Origin: Myxococcota bacterium
GTDB lineage: Bacteria; Myxococcota_A; SURF-8; G963663525
Direction of reading: 5' to 3'
DNA: 64,000 nucleotides
Assembly: GCA_963676915.2 (NCBI GenBank)
Contig: CAXXVK010000027.1
Coordinates: forward strand, 1 to 64,000
Positions 23,172 to 32,549 of the stretch are shown piece after piece. The notes below the pieces were generated by a model. The model was not told the DNA's origin. It made no database searches and saw only the letters and a program-made list of their open reading frames with translations. Positions within the stretch are counted from its first letter, which is position 1, and each line of letters opens with the position of its first letter. Position numbers and translations under genes: made by a program.

Positions 23172-24953
23172 ATGTGCAGCGACGATCGTATCCAACTTGT
23201 TTCTCTTCGTGGCAAAACGTTCACGATCCAATGGCCGCGCTCCGTCGCCCGCTGGGACGAATATTTCGACCAGGTTCTCGGCATGTGGGAAGACGGCGAA
23301 ACCTCTTCCGCCGAAGCCGAGAAAATGTTGCAGACCGTTCTTAAAAAATCCCCGGAATTCATTGACGTTTACAATTCCATCGGGGCGATCTGCTGGCGAG
23401 ACGGAGACATCGACAAAGCCCTGGACTACTTCGAGGATGGCTGGAAACGCTGCCGTCGTTTGCTTCCCGACGATTTTTCGGGACGCCTTCCCTGGCGACT
23501 GGAAGACAATCGGCCCTATCTTCGCTTGATGCACAACATCGCCTTGGGACACTTGTACCGGGGGGAAGAAAACGAAGCCCGGAAACTGCTCGAATGGCAA
23601 CTGGCGATCAACCCCAGCGACGACCAGGGTGCCGCCCAGTTGATCGAAGATATCGATAAAAAGCGGCTGGCGTTTACGTTGAAACAGAGGGTTTGCCAGA
23701 TCCTGGACGTTTCCGAGGATCAACTGGACCCGATTTTTCCGGCTCTCGAACGGCTGGAAAAGGAATTCGAAGAACGAAGCGGCGACCAGCCCAACTCCCC
23801 GTTTGAATTCGAAGCGGATAAAATCGATGCCCCGTATTTTGCTGGACTGTTGTTCCAGTTCGCTTACGAATTGTCCACCGTGCGCGAGGACTGGCTGCAC
23901 CGTTTCGCGACCCATGCCGCCGCAAGTTGTCACCCGCTCGAAGGCGGAGGAATTCCTGCTTACATTTTCAGTATTTACGCCTACCTGATCGACAGGGACG
24001 ATTTGAGCGGCATGGACCTGCTGCACCTGCGCGATCTGTTGTACATTCGTGCTCCGGGCGATAGCTGGATCAGCAACCCGCTGGATTCCGTAACGATCGC
24101 TCGCTACCTGATGCAAGCCGCCCGTTTCGACGACGAAGAGCGAAATCGGCTGGTGTTTCTCCTGCTGGCGTACGAAGAAGTCAGTCGCGATGCCGCGATT
24201 CTGATCTTGCACGACTTTCTTTCTCTCTCGATTCAGCAAGAGAACGAAGTCATGCATATCATTAAGGAAATGTTGTCTTCGACTCTCCCCGGACCCTTGG
24301 GAGGTGAAGATTTCTGGAGCATTCACGACCACTATCAGCAATCTTTGTACGAACAGGATCACTGGGAACTGGACGAAGGTCTGATGCCGATCGACTGGCT
24401 CTCCATGCACGAGCTTCCCGGCGATTTTTCCGAATTCTCCGACGAGTTGGACGACGCGTTTCGCGAGCACCTTTTGGATCTCGGCGATATGATCGAGCAA
24501 TGGGACCAGTACAGCGACATCTCGGGAAAAGCCACACTGGACTATTTTCCGCTAACGCGGGACGAATCGTTGTACGAGCTTCCCGACGACGACTGGACAG
24601 GCTATCGCCGCATTCGCACGCCCCACCTGCCACCCCGGATTCGACGTTTCGCGATTCGAGCTTTGGCGGCATTGACCGGCATCGAAACCACGATCCGGCG
24701 GTATCGCAAGGTCGAAACGCTGCCGGATTTCAACTTCCCGGAAATCCGTCACGGTGTGATGGATCTGATCGAGGAATACGAAACCGAGCTGGACCCGCCG
24801 TTCGTTCGCGAATCGCTGGCAGGCATGGCCTTCGACACCGCCGGTCACGTTCGCCTGCGCGCCCGTGCATTGGCTGTTGAGCGTGGCTTCAGCGTTACCG
24901 GTACGAAATCTCGACCCATCCGGCGAATCCGTCGCCGTCCCTCTTCGATGTAG
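23172..24953 (+). CDS. Protein with N-terminal TPR region and uncharacterised helical C-terminus
   Basis: PEFIDVYN, LPW..EDNRPYLR..H..A, L..NP.DDQG TPR motif; 593-aa ORF. Confidence 0.7.
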   Translation: MCSDDRIQLVSLRGKTFTIQWPRSVARWDEYFDQVLGMWEDGETSSAEAEKMLQTVLKKSPEFIDVYNSIGAICWRDGDIDKALDYFEDGWKRCRRLLPDDFSGRLPWRLEDNRPYLRLMHNIALGHLYRGEENEARKLLEWQLAINPSDDQGAAQLIEDIDKKRLAFTLKQRVCQILDVSEDQLDPIFPALERLEKEFEERSGDQPNSPFEFEADKIDAPYFAGLLFQFAYELSTVREDWLHRFATHAAASCHPLEGGGIPAYIFSIYAYLIDRDDLSGMDLLHLRDLLYIRAPGDSWISNPLDSVTIARYLMQAARFDDEERNRLVFLLLAYEEVSRDAAILILHDFLSLSIQQENEVMHIIKEMLSSTLPGPLGGEDFWSIHDHYQQSLYEQDHWELDEGLMPIDWLSMHELPGDFSEFSDELDDAFREHLLDLGDMIEQWDQYSDISGKATLDYFPLTRDESLYELPDDDWTGYRRIRTPHLPPRIRRFAIRALAALTGIETTIRRYRKVETLPDFNFPEIRHGVMDLIEEYETELDPPFVRESLAGMAFDTAGHVRLRARALAVERGFSVTGTKSRPIRRIRRRPSSM

Positions 24954-24959
24954 CGTCCG

Positions 24960-25550
24960 ATGTTCTGGACGCTTTTAGCCTCGGGACTGACGTTCGTGAT
25001 TGCTGCCTGCGCGGCGATTCCCCTGCTGGCCAACGCCGTGGCGGGACTGTTGCGAGGAGAAGCCTACGTCCCCGATTTTCGCCCCAAAGCCCCTCATCCC
25101 TGGCGAAAAACCGCCGAGAAAGGCGTTCGCTCCTGGGCCTTGGGGTCGTTGATCTTTGCATTGGCTATGCTGGCGATGGCGGGAATAGGCTTCAAATCCC
25201 TGTACCTTGGGGAGTTGGGGGCTTATGTCACGCTGCTCGATTTTCCACCGCCGCAAGATCCGAAAGCTCTCACGTTCACGCGCCTGTCCGATGGTGTGCA
25301 GATCGCTTTCAGCCAGTCAATGGCCAAAGACGCCCTCAAAGACTACTACCGGAAGCATTTAGAAGACGAAGGCTGGAACATCGAACTCGAAACGCCGTTG
25401 TCTCTTTCGGCGTTGCGGAACAATCGCCGCGCTCTGATGACGTTTACCGGACCCTATGTGGATGACCGGGGGGCTTTTCCCTGCCGACTGATTTTGGTTG
25501 TCAGCGAATCGAAACCCGCCGATCCCAACCAATACGATAGAGAAAACTAG
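24960..25550 (+). CDS. Hypothetical membrane protein
   Basis: Two hydrophobic segments, then a YYRKHL..EGW domain; 6 nt after the previous stop. Confidence 0.6.
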   Translation: MFWTLLASGLTFVIAACAAIPLLANAVAGLLRGEAYVPDFRPKAPHPWRKTAEKGVRSWALGSLIFALAMLAMAGIGFKSLYLGELGAYVTLLDFPPPQDPKALTFTRLSDGVQIAFSQSMAKDALKDYYRKHLEDEGWNIELETPLSLSALRNNRRALMTFTGPYVDDRGAFPCRLILVVSESKPADPNQYDREN

Positions 25551-25708
25551 AATTTTTTTGGTTGGAAACCGTCTAACCACCGAATTTTCCCTAAAAAAGC
25601 TTCTTAATTCGCAAAGAATACGTTTTTTCGCATCGATTTCTTGCAAAAGCGGTGGGCTTCCTTTATAAAAATGATCCTAATTTTTTCCTTGCGGAATTTC
25701 CCGCAAGA

Positions 25709-25759
25709 TTCCTTGCTCTTCGCGATGCGCTGGACGAAGGGCTGAAAGCCGAAAGGAGG
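25709..25759 (+). promoter_or_regulatory. S6:S18 ribosomal-protein leader RNA
   Basis: TTCCTT-GCTCTTCG...CGAAGGGC-TGAAAGCCGA-AAGGAG: stem sequestering the RBS, with a CCG-containing internal loop, directly before rpsF. Confidence 0.75.
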
Positions 25760-25765
25760 GCGCGA

Positions 25766-26296
25766 ATGATCGTGCGCGAATACGAAACCATTTTTATCTT
25801 ACGACCCGACCTGGGCGACGACACGCGTAACGCGGCCATCGACCGCATCCGTGGTGTGTTGGAAAAAGAAGGCGGAATCCCCCTCAAGGATATCTCCTGG
25901 GGCAAGCGGAAACTGGCCTACGAAATCGACAAGCACCTCAAGGGTGTCTATCACTACCTGCTGTACCTCGGAACGCCGGGCCTGACCGACGAAATCGAGC
26001 GTAATTTCAAGATGATGGACACTGTCATCAAGTACATGACGGTGAAAGTCAACGACCGGGTGGACGTGGATACACGCAAAGCCGAAGTCGAGCAGGAAGA
26101 AGCGCAACGGTTGGCCGAGGAAGAAGCGAAGGCCGCTGAGACCCCGGACGAAGAAGAGAAAACCGACGATGCGACGGAGGAAACTCCCAAAGAGGAGACT
26201 CCTGCTGAAGAAACCTCCGAGGAAGAAACAGCCGAGGAAACCGAGCCTGAAGCCGACGAGTCGGACGACGACGACGAAAAACCTGAAGAGGACTAA
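25766..26296 (+). CDS. rpsF: 30S ribosomal protein S6 with long acidic C-terminal tail
   Basis: REYETIFILRPD, WGKRKLAYEI. Confidence 0.96.
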   Translation: MIVREYETIFILRPDLGDDTRNAAIDRIRGVLEKEGGIPLKDISWGKRKLAYEIDKHLKGVYHYLLYLGTPGLTDEIERNFKMMDTVIKYMTVKVNDRVDVDTRKAEVEQEEAQRLAEEEAKAAETPDEEEKTDDATEETPKEETPAEETSEEETAEETEPEADESDDDDEKPEED

Positions 26297-26347
26297 ATTT
26301 CCGACATCCGCAAGGATTGTCAGAACATAGCGATTGAGGAGAAGATC

Positions 26348-26608
26348 ATGCCCAGACCGATCAGAAGCAGGAAAAAACGCTCCAAAAAACGCGGGCGACC
26401 GCGCCGTAAAGTTTGTCCGGTGTGCGCGGACAAGCTGGAACTGAACTATAAGCGAACCGAAGTACTCGAACGCTTCATTACCGAGCGCGGAAAAATCGTT
26501 CCTCGTCGGATCAGCGGCGTTTGTGCCAAGCATCAACGAAAAATTTCCTTGGAAATCAAGCGGGCACGCCATATCGCCTTGCTGCCTTACACCGTTCTCG
26601 GCGAATAG
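26348..26608 (+). CDS. rpsR: 30S ribosomal protein S18 (Zn-binding C+ form)
   Basis: [38 protein letters not shown]. Confidence 0.97.
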   Translation: MPRPIRSRKKRSKKRGRPRRKVCPVCADKLELNYKRTEVLERFITERGKIVPRRISGVCAKHQRKISLEIKRARHIALLPYTVLGE

Positions 26609-26617
26609 GAGGGGATT

Positions 26618-27061
26618 ATGCGCGTCATTTTGAAAAAAGACATTCCCGAATTGGGAGCCGGTGGAGAAATCGTCGAGGTCAAAGACGGCTATGCCCGTAA
26701 CTACCTCATTCCTCGCGGACTGGTACAGTTGGCTACGACTCGCAACGTCAAGCAGCTCAAGCACGACCAGGAAGTGATCGAAAGCAAGATCAAAAAAGAT
26801 CGCGCCACCGCCACCGATCTGGCCACCCGTATCGAGAACATCTCCTGCACCATCGCCAAGCGCGTCGGCGAAAACGATCGCCTGTTCGGCTCGGTGACCT
26901 CGAAGGAAATCGAGGAATGCCTGCGGGAAGAGGGACTCGTCATCAAAAAACGTCACATCCTGCTCGAACAACCGATCAAGGAACTGGGCGTTTTCGAAGT
27001 GCCGATCAAACTGCATCACGACATCACCCCGATGCTGAAAGTCTGGGTCGTCGCGAAGTAA
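26618..27061 (+). CDS. rplI: 50S ribosomal protein L9
   Basis: MRVIL..DI..LG..GEIVEVKDGYARNYLIP, LFGSVT. Confidence 0.97.
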   Translation: MRVILKKDIPELGAGGEIVEVKDGYARNYLIPRGLVQLATTRNVKQLKHDQEVIESKIKKDRATATDLATRIENISCTIAKRVGENDRLFGSVTSKEIEECLREEGLVIKKRHILLEQPIKELGVFEVPIKLHHDITPMLKVWVVAK

Positions 27062-27081
27062 ACCCGACACGTGCTCATTTC

Positions 27082-27115
27082 AACCGGACCGTGCTCTGCA
27101 CCGTCCGGTTTTTTT
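27082..27115 (+). terminator. Intrinsic terminator of rpsF-rpsR-rplI
   Basis: AACCGGAC...GTCCGGTT followed by T-run. Confidence 0.8.
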
Positions 27116-27204
27116 GTGTCAATATATGAAAACTCAATAAAAAAAGTGGTTCAGGACAGAAGCCCTGAACCAACGAATGGAAAGAATCGAACGTTTTTGA
27201 TAAA

Positions 27205-27507
27205 TGTGCCATAGTCTACCTCGCGGAGCGAAGAAGACTGTGCTTTCCATGGTTTGCACAGCCTCCCGGACCTGAAGGTCCGTGAGAGGGTGCATCACAA
27301 AATGGTGCGAATTGGCCAATAATATTGAATCATTCATTCATTTGGTTGTAGCGGCGAGGCGTAAGCCCGCCGAAAAGGGAGATTGGGGGCATAAAAGCAA
27401 CTTTCAAAAGGCAAAAACGGCGGGCTTACGCCTCGCCGCTACGAAAAAAGAGGATTTTACGAAAGTCGCTATATTTTGTGATGCACCCTCCGTGAGACTA
27501 TGGCACA
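27205..27507. repeat. GTGCCA-family REP doublet interrupted by MITE A
   Basis: Perfect 13-bp outer inverted repeat TGTGCCATAGTCT (27205..27217) / AGACTATGGCACA (27495..27507); removing the MITE plus one TSD restores a ~93-bp two-arm doublet. Confidence 0.75.
27288..27488. mobile_element. MITE family A copy 2 (201 bp) with internal GTAG-REP doublet
   Basis: Perfect 16-bp TIR GGGTGCATCACAAAAT; 9-bp TSD TCCGTGAGA at 27279..27287 and 27489..27497; internal inverted repeat 27348..27372 / 27418..27442. Confidence 0.93.
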
Positions 27508-27593
27508 CTTTGGACTTGTAAAATGTCAATAAAAACCTAAGCTTACGGCTTAGGTTTTTAAGATGTGACGACACTCCCTAGGGAAATCCCGCA

Positions 27594-29726
27594 CTATTCG
27601 CAGGTTCCTGCGTCTTTCCAGGCAAGGAATTGATTTTCGCCGATATCGACGAGGCCGTAATAACGAGCCATCCAGAACGCTTCCGTGAAATCCCGGCCCG
27701 GCGACTGCTTGCGTCCCACGTTGCCGTGGGAATCGCCGATGTCGAAGGGACTGCGTTGCCACATGAAGTCCGCGTAGGTGCGCAGGCGGGTGGGCAATCC
27801 TGAACTGGCCAGTCCGTTGACACACAGGCCGTCTTCCATCACGCATTCCCCGGCGCGTCCATCGCATTCGTACGTGATGGTTTTGCTTTCCAGAGGAATA
27901 CCGAACAGATCGCCGCCATCCTCGCAGATGTTGCGTTCATCTTCGGTTGGGCAACGAACGCTGATGTTTTCCGGGAAGGCATCGATAATACTTTCTCGGC
28001 TGCGTGTGTAGGTACGGCGCGGAGCATCCTTTGTACCGTCGTTACCTCCGAAATCGGCCAGTTGTGCCACGACCGAGTCCACCGCCATCTGCCGGTTTTC
28101 ATCCGATGACGGAAATACGGAAGCGTACATCGTATTGAACTTCGCGCTTTCGTGATTGTACAACGCTTTTTCCCAGAGTTCGGTTTTCATCACGTCGAGC
28201 ATCTGGTCTTTCAGGTCGCCTTCCGGGAGCATCGTTATCATCTGCCAGTGCGTGCCGTAGGTGATATGGTCGCCGTAGAAACGGAAGCACCAATCCGGCA
28301 GACGAAACGCGATCATCGTGCGAGCCACTTCGATCGTGCTTAGGTTGCCGATCAGTTCATCGAAAAGAAAGTCCAGGTACTGCTGTTCTCCTGTGAAATA
28401 GTAATTCATGATCGCCAGGTGCATCAGGTGGCTGGCATCGCCGCCGCGAACGTTGGCGATGTAGAAATGGTCGATCATCTTCTCTCGGGCCGGTTCGTTG
28501 CTGTCGTCGTCCAGTTCGGAGGCCAGATCGAGCATTTGGAGCATGAAATCCGAGGCGTTGGCGTCGATAACCCGCGACGGCTCGATTTCGAGGGTGTCTG
28601 GGCAGGTACGGTCATAGGTTTCGGCGTTGGCCTGGTTGAACATCGCATGGTAGTAGACCACCAGCCGATCCAGTTGGGTGAAGTCCATGTCGTCCGGGTC
28701 CAGTTGCATGTTGGCTCCGGCGAAATAGCTGGTCACCGCGTCGAGCACGTCCGGGTTGTCCTGCAAGTTGGTGATTTCCAAGCGTTTCAGGCGCTTCATG
28801 TAGCAGCTCATGTGGTGGACGATTTTCTCTTTGAGATCGCTGTCTTCCTCTTTCAGAAGATCGTAGATCAGCGGGAAGGAGGTCATGGGACCGGAATACT
28901 GGTCGATGGAGGGATGCCCGTTCCAGTAGGGTGTTCCCTTAACCGTTCCGCCGTTTCCGTCCGGCACGCCGTCGAAATACATTTGCGGAAGTCCATCGAC
29001 GTTTTCGGCATTCTCCATGGGATTGTCCCGGTTGTTCCGGTTATCCAGGCCGAATTCGATAATGATTTGATCGTTTTGCGGTCCGCCTTCGTCAAGCACC
29101 AGATAATCGTGACGCGCCAGATAGCCGGGGATATTCGTTACATCGAAATTGCGAAGCATGGCTTTCAGCCGGTTGATCATGTGGTCGTAATCGGCGGAGG
29201 TTCCGGTATCCATGTAACGGAAAATGTCCGAAACCAGTGCTGCACCGGTCCAGATGGAGGCATCGCCGGTTCCGGCCCATCCGGCGAATTTCTCCGGGTC
29301 GCCCCATTCTTCTTCCGGCATCGAACCGGGAATGTCGGTGTTGAACACGCGCTCGGCGGTCAATCCGTTGGGAGAGGTGTACAGGTCGTGCCAGCGATCG
29401 TACAGGTAGACGCGCTTGAGGATCTCGTTCGGTTCATCCACGAAATTTTTGGATTCGCCGTCGTAAATGTCGCAAACTTTTTTCTTTCCGTTTTCGCAGA
29501 CTTCTTCCTGGTACAAGGCGCAGCTTTCAATCTCCGTTCCGGTAGTAGGGTCGGTGGGTAGGGTATCGAAAGTCGGATGCGGCTCGAACGCGGCGTCTTG
29601 TTCGATCTCCGAATCTCCACCCGCCAGAGTATCCGTATCTCCCGGAGAGGAATCGTTCGAGTCGGAGCAGGAAATGCCGAAGAAAATCAAAGCCAGAGAC
29701 AAAAGGAACAACGATGCGTATTTCAT
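27594..29726 (-). CDS. Large acidic lipoprotein of unknown function (possible alpha/alpha-barrel glycosidase-like fold)
   Basis: Lipobox FFGISC after ATG 29726 with RBS AAGGAG; DASIWTG, IPGYLAR, SIDQYSG and PGRDFTEAFW segments; fold assignment is inference. Confidence 0.7.
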   Translation of the reverse strand: MKYASLFLLSLALIFFGISCSDSNDSSPGDTDTLAGGDSEIEQDAAFEPHPTFDTLPTDPTTGTEIESCALYQEEVCENGKKKVCDIYDGESKNFVDEPNEILKRVYLYDRWHDLYTSPNGLTAERVFNTDIPGSMPEEEWGDPEKFAGWAGTGDASIWTGAALVSDIFRYMDTGTSADYDHMINRLKAMLRNFDVTNIPGYLARHDYLVLDEGGPQNDQIIIEFGLDNRNNRDNPMENAENVDGLPQMYFDGVPDGNGGTVKGTPYWNGHPSIDQYSGPMTSFPLIYDLLKEEDSDLKEKIVHHMSCYMKRLKRLEITNLQDNPDVLDAVTSYFAGANMQLDPDDMDFTQLDRLVVYYHAMFNQANAETYDRTCPDTLEIEPSRVIDANASDFMLQMLDLASELDDDSNEPAREKMIDHFYIANVRGGDASHLMHLAIMNYYFTGEQQYLDFLFDELIGNLSTIEVARTMIAFRLPDWCFRFYGDHITYGTHWQMITMLPEGDLKDQMLDVMKTELWEKALYNHESAKFNTMYASVFPSSDENRQMAVDSVVAQLADFGGNDGTKDAPRRTYTRSRESIIDAFPENISVRCPTEDERNICEDGGDLFGIPLESKTITYECDGRAGECVMEDGLCVNGLASSGLPTRLRTYADFMWQRSPFDIGDSHGNVGRKQSPGRDFTEAFWMARYYGLVDIGENQFLAWKDAGTCE

Positions 29727-30114
29727 GAAGACTCCTTGGTTTTGCAAGCCATCTACCCGGTTCCGAAAAAACAACTTTCCAAAAGCAGGTTCATAACTCA
29801 ATGTAAATACAAGAAAAAATGGAACTTCTTCCATGTCCGTAAAGGAGATGAAAAAAACAACGCTAACAAAATGCTAACGAAAACCTTATATCATCTCGTA
29901 GCGGATTCTGTCTATTTCAGTTTTTTAAGGAAGAAACGTTGAAATGTTTACGTCGACAAAATCCGATCCAACCTCGGGTTGACGAAAAACCGATTTTAGG
30001 AGCACGTCGAGAGAATTGTTCCGTCTGGAACGAAAATCTGGCGGAATTTTATACCGAAATGTTAGAATTTTCAAATATTAGAAACTTGTTAATATCAAAT
30101 TGAGCGAAAAAAAC

Positions 30115-30143
30115 TTGACAGTCCGCATCAAGATTGCAATGCT
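30115..30143 (+). promoter_or_regulatory. Putative sigma70 promoter of rho
   Basis: TTGACA-17 nt-AATGCT, preceded by an A-tract. Confidence 0.45.
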
Positions 30144-30422
30144 TTAAGGAGAAGATTCAAGGAACCCTATCCCGCTTCGTCGCGCGTTTCTCCTAAACGA
30201 TATCGACAAACCAAGCATTATCCTTGAAAAGATGAACAGTGGTTGAACGGTGGGGTAGTCGATTCCGACGCATTGTCTCCTTTGGTTTGATTTTCAGAAC
30301 AGCTTGTACCCAGGGGCATTTTGGGTTACGAGATCAATCCTTCATTTGTCTCCATTTTTCACAATGATTCCAAATGGTTCAGTCTAATCTGACAATATTT
30401 TTCGAAAAAACGAGGTAATCCC

Positions 30423-32213
30423 GTGTCCAACGACGACAACAAGAAAAACTCCACCAACGATACTCCCGAAGAAAAACCTAAGAAAAAGCCCCGGCGGCGG
30501 GTCGTCATCCGATCCGATTCCGGTGGACAGACAAACATCCGGCGCCAGTCCTCCAACCGTGGAAACGCCGAGGCCGGATTCCGCAAAATCATGCGTTCCA
30601 AACCACCGGTCGATGAAGAGTCCCTGCCCGACATGGCTTCGGATGACGCTGCAGAACCGGTCGCCGATCCGAATCTTCCGCCTCCCCCGCGTTCCCTGCA
30701 AAGTCGAACCCGGAAAAAGGAGGAACCGGCATTCACCCCCGATCCCGGTCTTCCGTCTCCTCCCAAACGCAGGGCGTTTTCGATCAAATCGAGCACGCCT
30801 GCTCCCGCGACGAATGATGAGCCGGAACTGCCCTTCGAAGAGGATTTCGCACAACCCGCTCCTCCCAGCAATCCACCGACCAAAAAGGAAGAACCGGCGG
30901 ACGATTACTCGGAAAGCCCCTCGACGGAGTTGGAGCACAACGAAATTGCTTCGAAAAAAGGCCGTATCAACCTGAAAGAACTGAAAGAATGGCCGATTCG
31001 CAAAATCGCCTCTCTGGCCAATCGACTGGGAATCGAAGGAGCCGCCGGACTGCGCAAGCAGGAACTGATTTTCGCCATTTTGCAGGCCCAGAGCGCCAAA
31101 GACGGCATTATTTACTCCGAAGGCGTACTCGAAACACTGCCCGATGGTTTCGGCTTTTTGCGTTCCCCGGACTACAACTATCTTCCCGGTCCCGATGATA
31201 TCTACATCAGCCCGTCGCAGATCCGCCGTTTCAACCTGAGAACCGGCGATACCATTTCCGGTCAGATCCGTCCGCCGAAAGAAGGCGAACGTTACTATGC
31301 GCTGCTGAAAGTCGAGACGGTCAACTTCGAAGATCCCGAGGTTTCCCGGCACAAAATCCTTTTCGACAACCTGACGCCGCTGTATCCCGAAAATCGGCTG
31401 AACCTCGAATTCACCACCAAAAACTACTCGACACGCATCCTCAACCTGATGACGCCGTTGGGCAAAGGACAACGCTGCCTGATCGTCTCACCGCCGCGTG
31501 CCGGTAAAACGGTGCTGTTGCAGGATATCGCCAACGCGATTACCTCCAACCACCCGGAAATCGTGCTGATCGTACTGCTGATCGACGAACGACCCGAGGA
31601 AGTGACCGACATGGAACGCTCGGTCAAAGGCGAAGTCATCTCCTCGACCTTCGACGAACCGGCCCAACGTCACGTGCAAGTGGCCGAAATGGTGATCGAA
31701 AAAGCCAAACGGCTGGTTGAGCACAAGCTGGACGTCGTCATCCTGCTTGACTCCATCACTCGTCTGGCCCGTGCCTACAACACCACGATTCCGGCTTCCG
31801 GTAAAATCCTGTCCGGTGGTGTCGATTCCAACGCTTTGCACAAACCGAAGCGCTTTTTCGGTGCGGCACGCAACATCGAGGAAGGCGGCTCGCTGACGAT
31901 CATCGGTACCGCGCTGGTGGATACCGGATCGCGCATGGACGAAGTGATTTTCGAGGAATTCAAGGGAACCGGCAACAGCGAATTGCATCTCGATCGCAAG
32001 CTGATGGAAAAACGGATCTTCCCCTGCCTCGACATCAACCGCTCGGCGACCCGCAAGGAAGAACTGCTCATGCCACCGGACGAACTTCACCGCATGTGGA
32101 TTTTGCGCAAGCTGCTCCATCCGCTGAGTGTGATCGACGCCATGGAATTCCTGCTGGATAAAATCACCAAAACCAAGACCAACCAGGATTTCCTCGATTC
32201 GATGAGCAACTAA
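30423..32213 (+). CDS. rho: Transcription termination factor Rho with long N-terminal extension
   Basis: [60 protein letters not shown]. Confidence 0.98.
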   Translation: MSNDDNKKNSTNDTPEEKPKKKPRRRVVIRSDSGGQTNIRRQSSNRGNAEAGFRKIMRSKPPVDEESLPDMASDDAAEPVADPNLPPPPRSLQSRTRKKEEPAFTPDPGLPSPPKRRAFSIKSSTPAPATNDEPELPFEEDFAQPAPPSNPPTKKEEPADDYSESPSTELEHNEIASKKGRINLKELKEWPIRKIASLANRLGIEGAAGLRKQELIFAILQAQSAKDGIIYSEGVLETLPDGFGFLRSPDYNYLPGPDDIYISPSQIRRFNLRTGDTISGQIRPPKEGERYYALLKVETVNFEDPEVSRHKILFDNLTPLYPENRLNLEFTTKNYSTRILNLMTPLGKGQRCLIVSPPRAGKTVLLQDIANAITSNHPEIVLIVLLIDERPEEVTDMERSVKGEVISSTFDEPAQRHVQVAEMVIEKAKRLVEHKLDVVILLDSITRLARAYNTTIPASGKILSGGVDSNALHKPKRFFGAARNIEEGGSLTIIGTALVDTGSRMDEVIFEEFKGTGNSELHLDRKLMEKRIFPCLDINRSATRKEELLMPPDELHRMWILRKLLHPLSVIDAMEFLLDKITKTKTNQDFLDSMSN

Positions 32214-32234
32214 CTCCTCGAAATTCCACAAAAA

Positions 32235-32276
32235 AACCAACAAAAAACCCGCCAAAAGGCGGGTTTTTTGTTGGTT
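32235..32276. terminator. Long bidirectional intrinsic terminator
   Basis: AACCAACAAAAAACCCGCC-AAAA-GGCGGGTTTTTTGTTGGTT. Confidence 0.88.
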
Positions 32277-32329
32277 GATGAATGGGGATTGCGGCTTCGT
32301 TCGCCTGTTCTTGTCAAACCAAAACGCAA

Positions 32330-32520
32330 GGAGCAGGAACCAATCCCAATGCCGTTGACTTAGAGCTTCTATGTGGGTGCCACGGTCTTCGAATCGAAGA
32401 ATCGATGGCCGTGCAACCTATTGGAATCTCACGGCCATTGCCCTTCGGGCAAAGACCATGCCACCCACCTGAAACAGCTTTTTCATGGAAGTCAACTACA
32501 GTGAGAATCAATCCTGCTCC
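32330..32520. mobile_element. MITE-like family B element (191 bp) with GGGTGCCAC/GGGTGGCAT REP doublet at 32375..32466
   Basis: 32-bp imperfect TIR (24/32) GGAGCAGGA...GTTGACTT at both ends; core repeated at 20.9 kb; no TSD seen. Confidence 0.72.
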
Positions 32521-32549
32521 ATCTAACGGTCTGTTTTTAAAGGGAGGGG

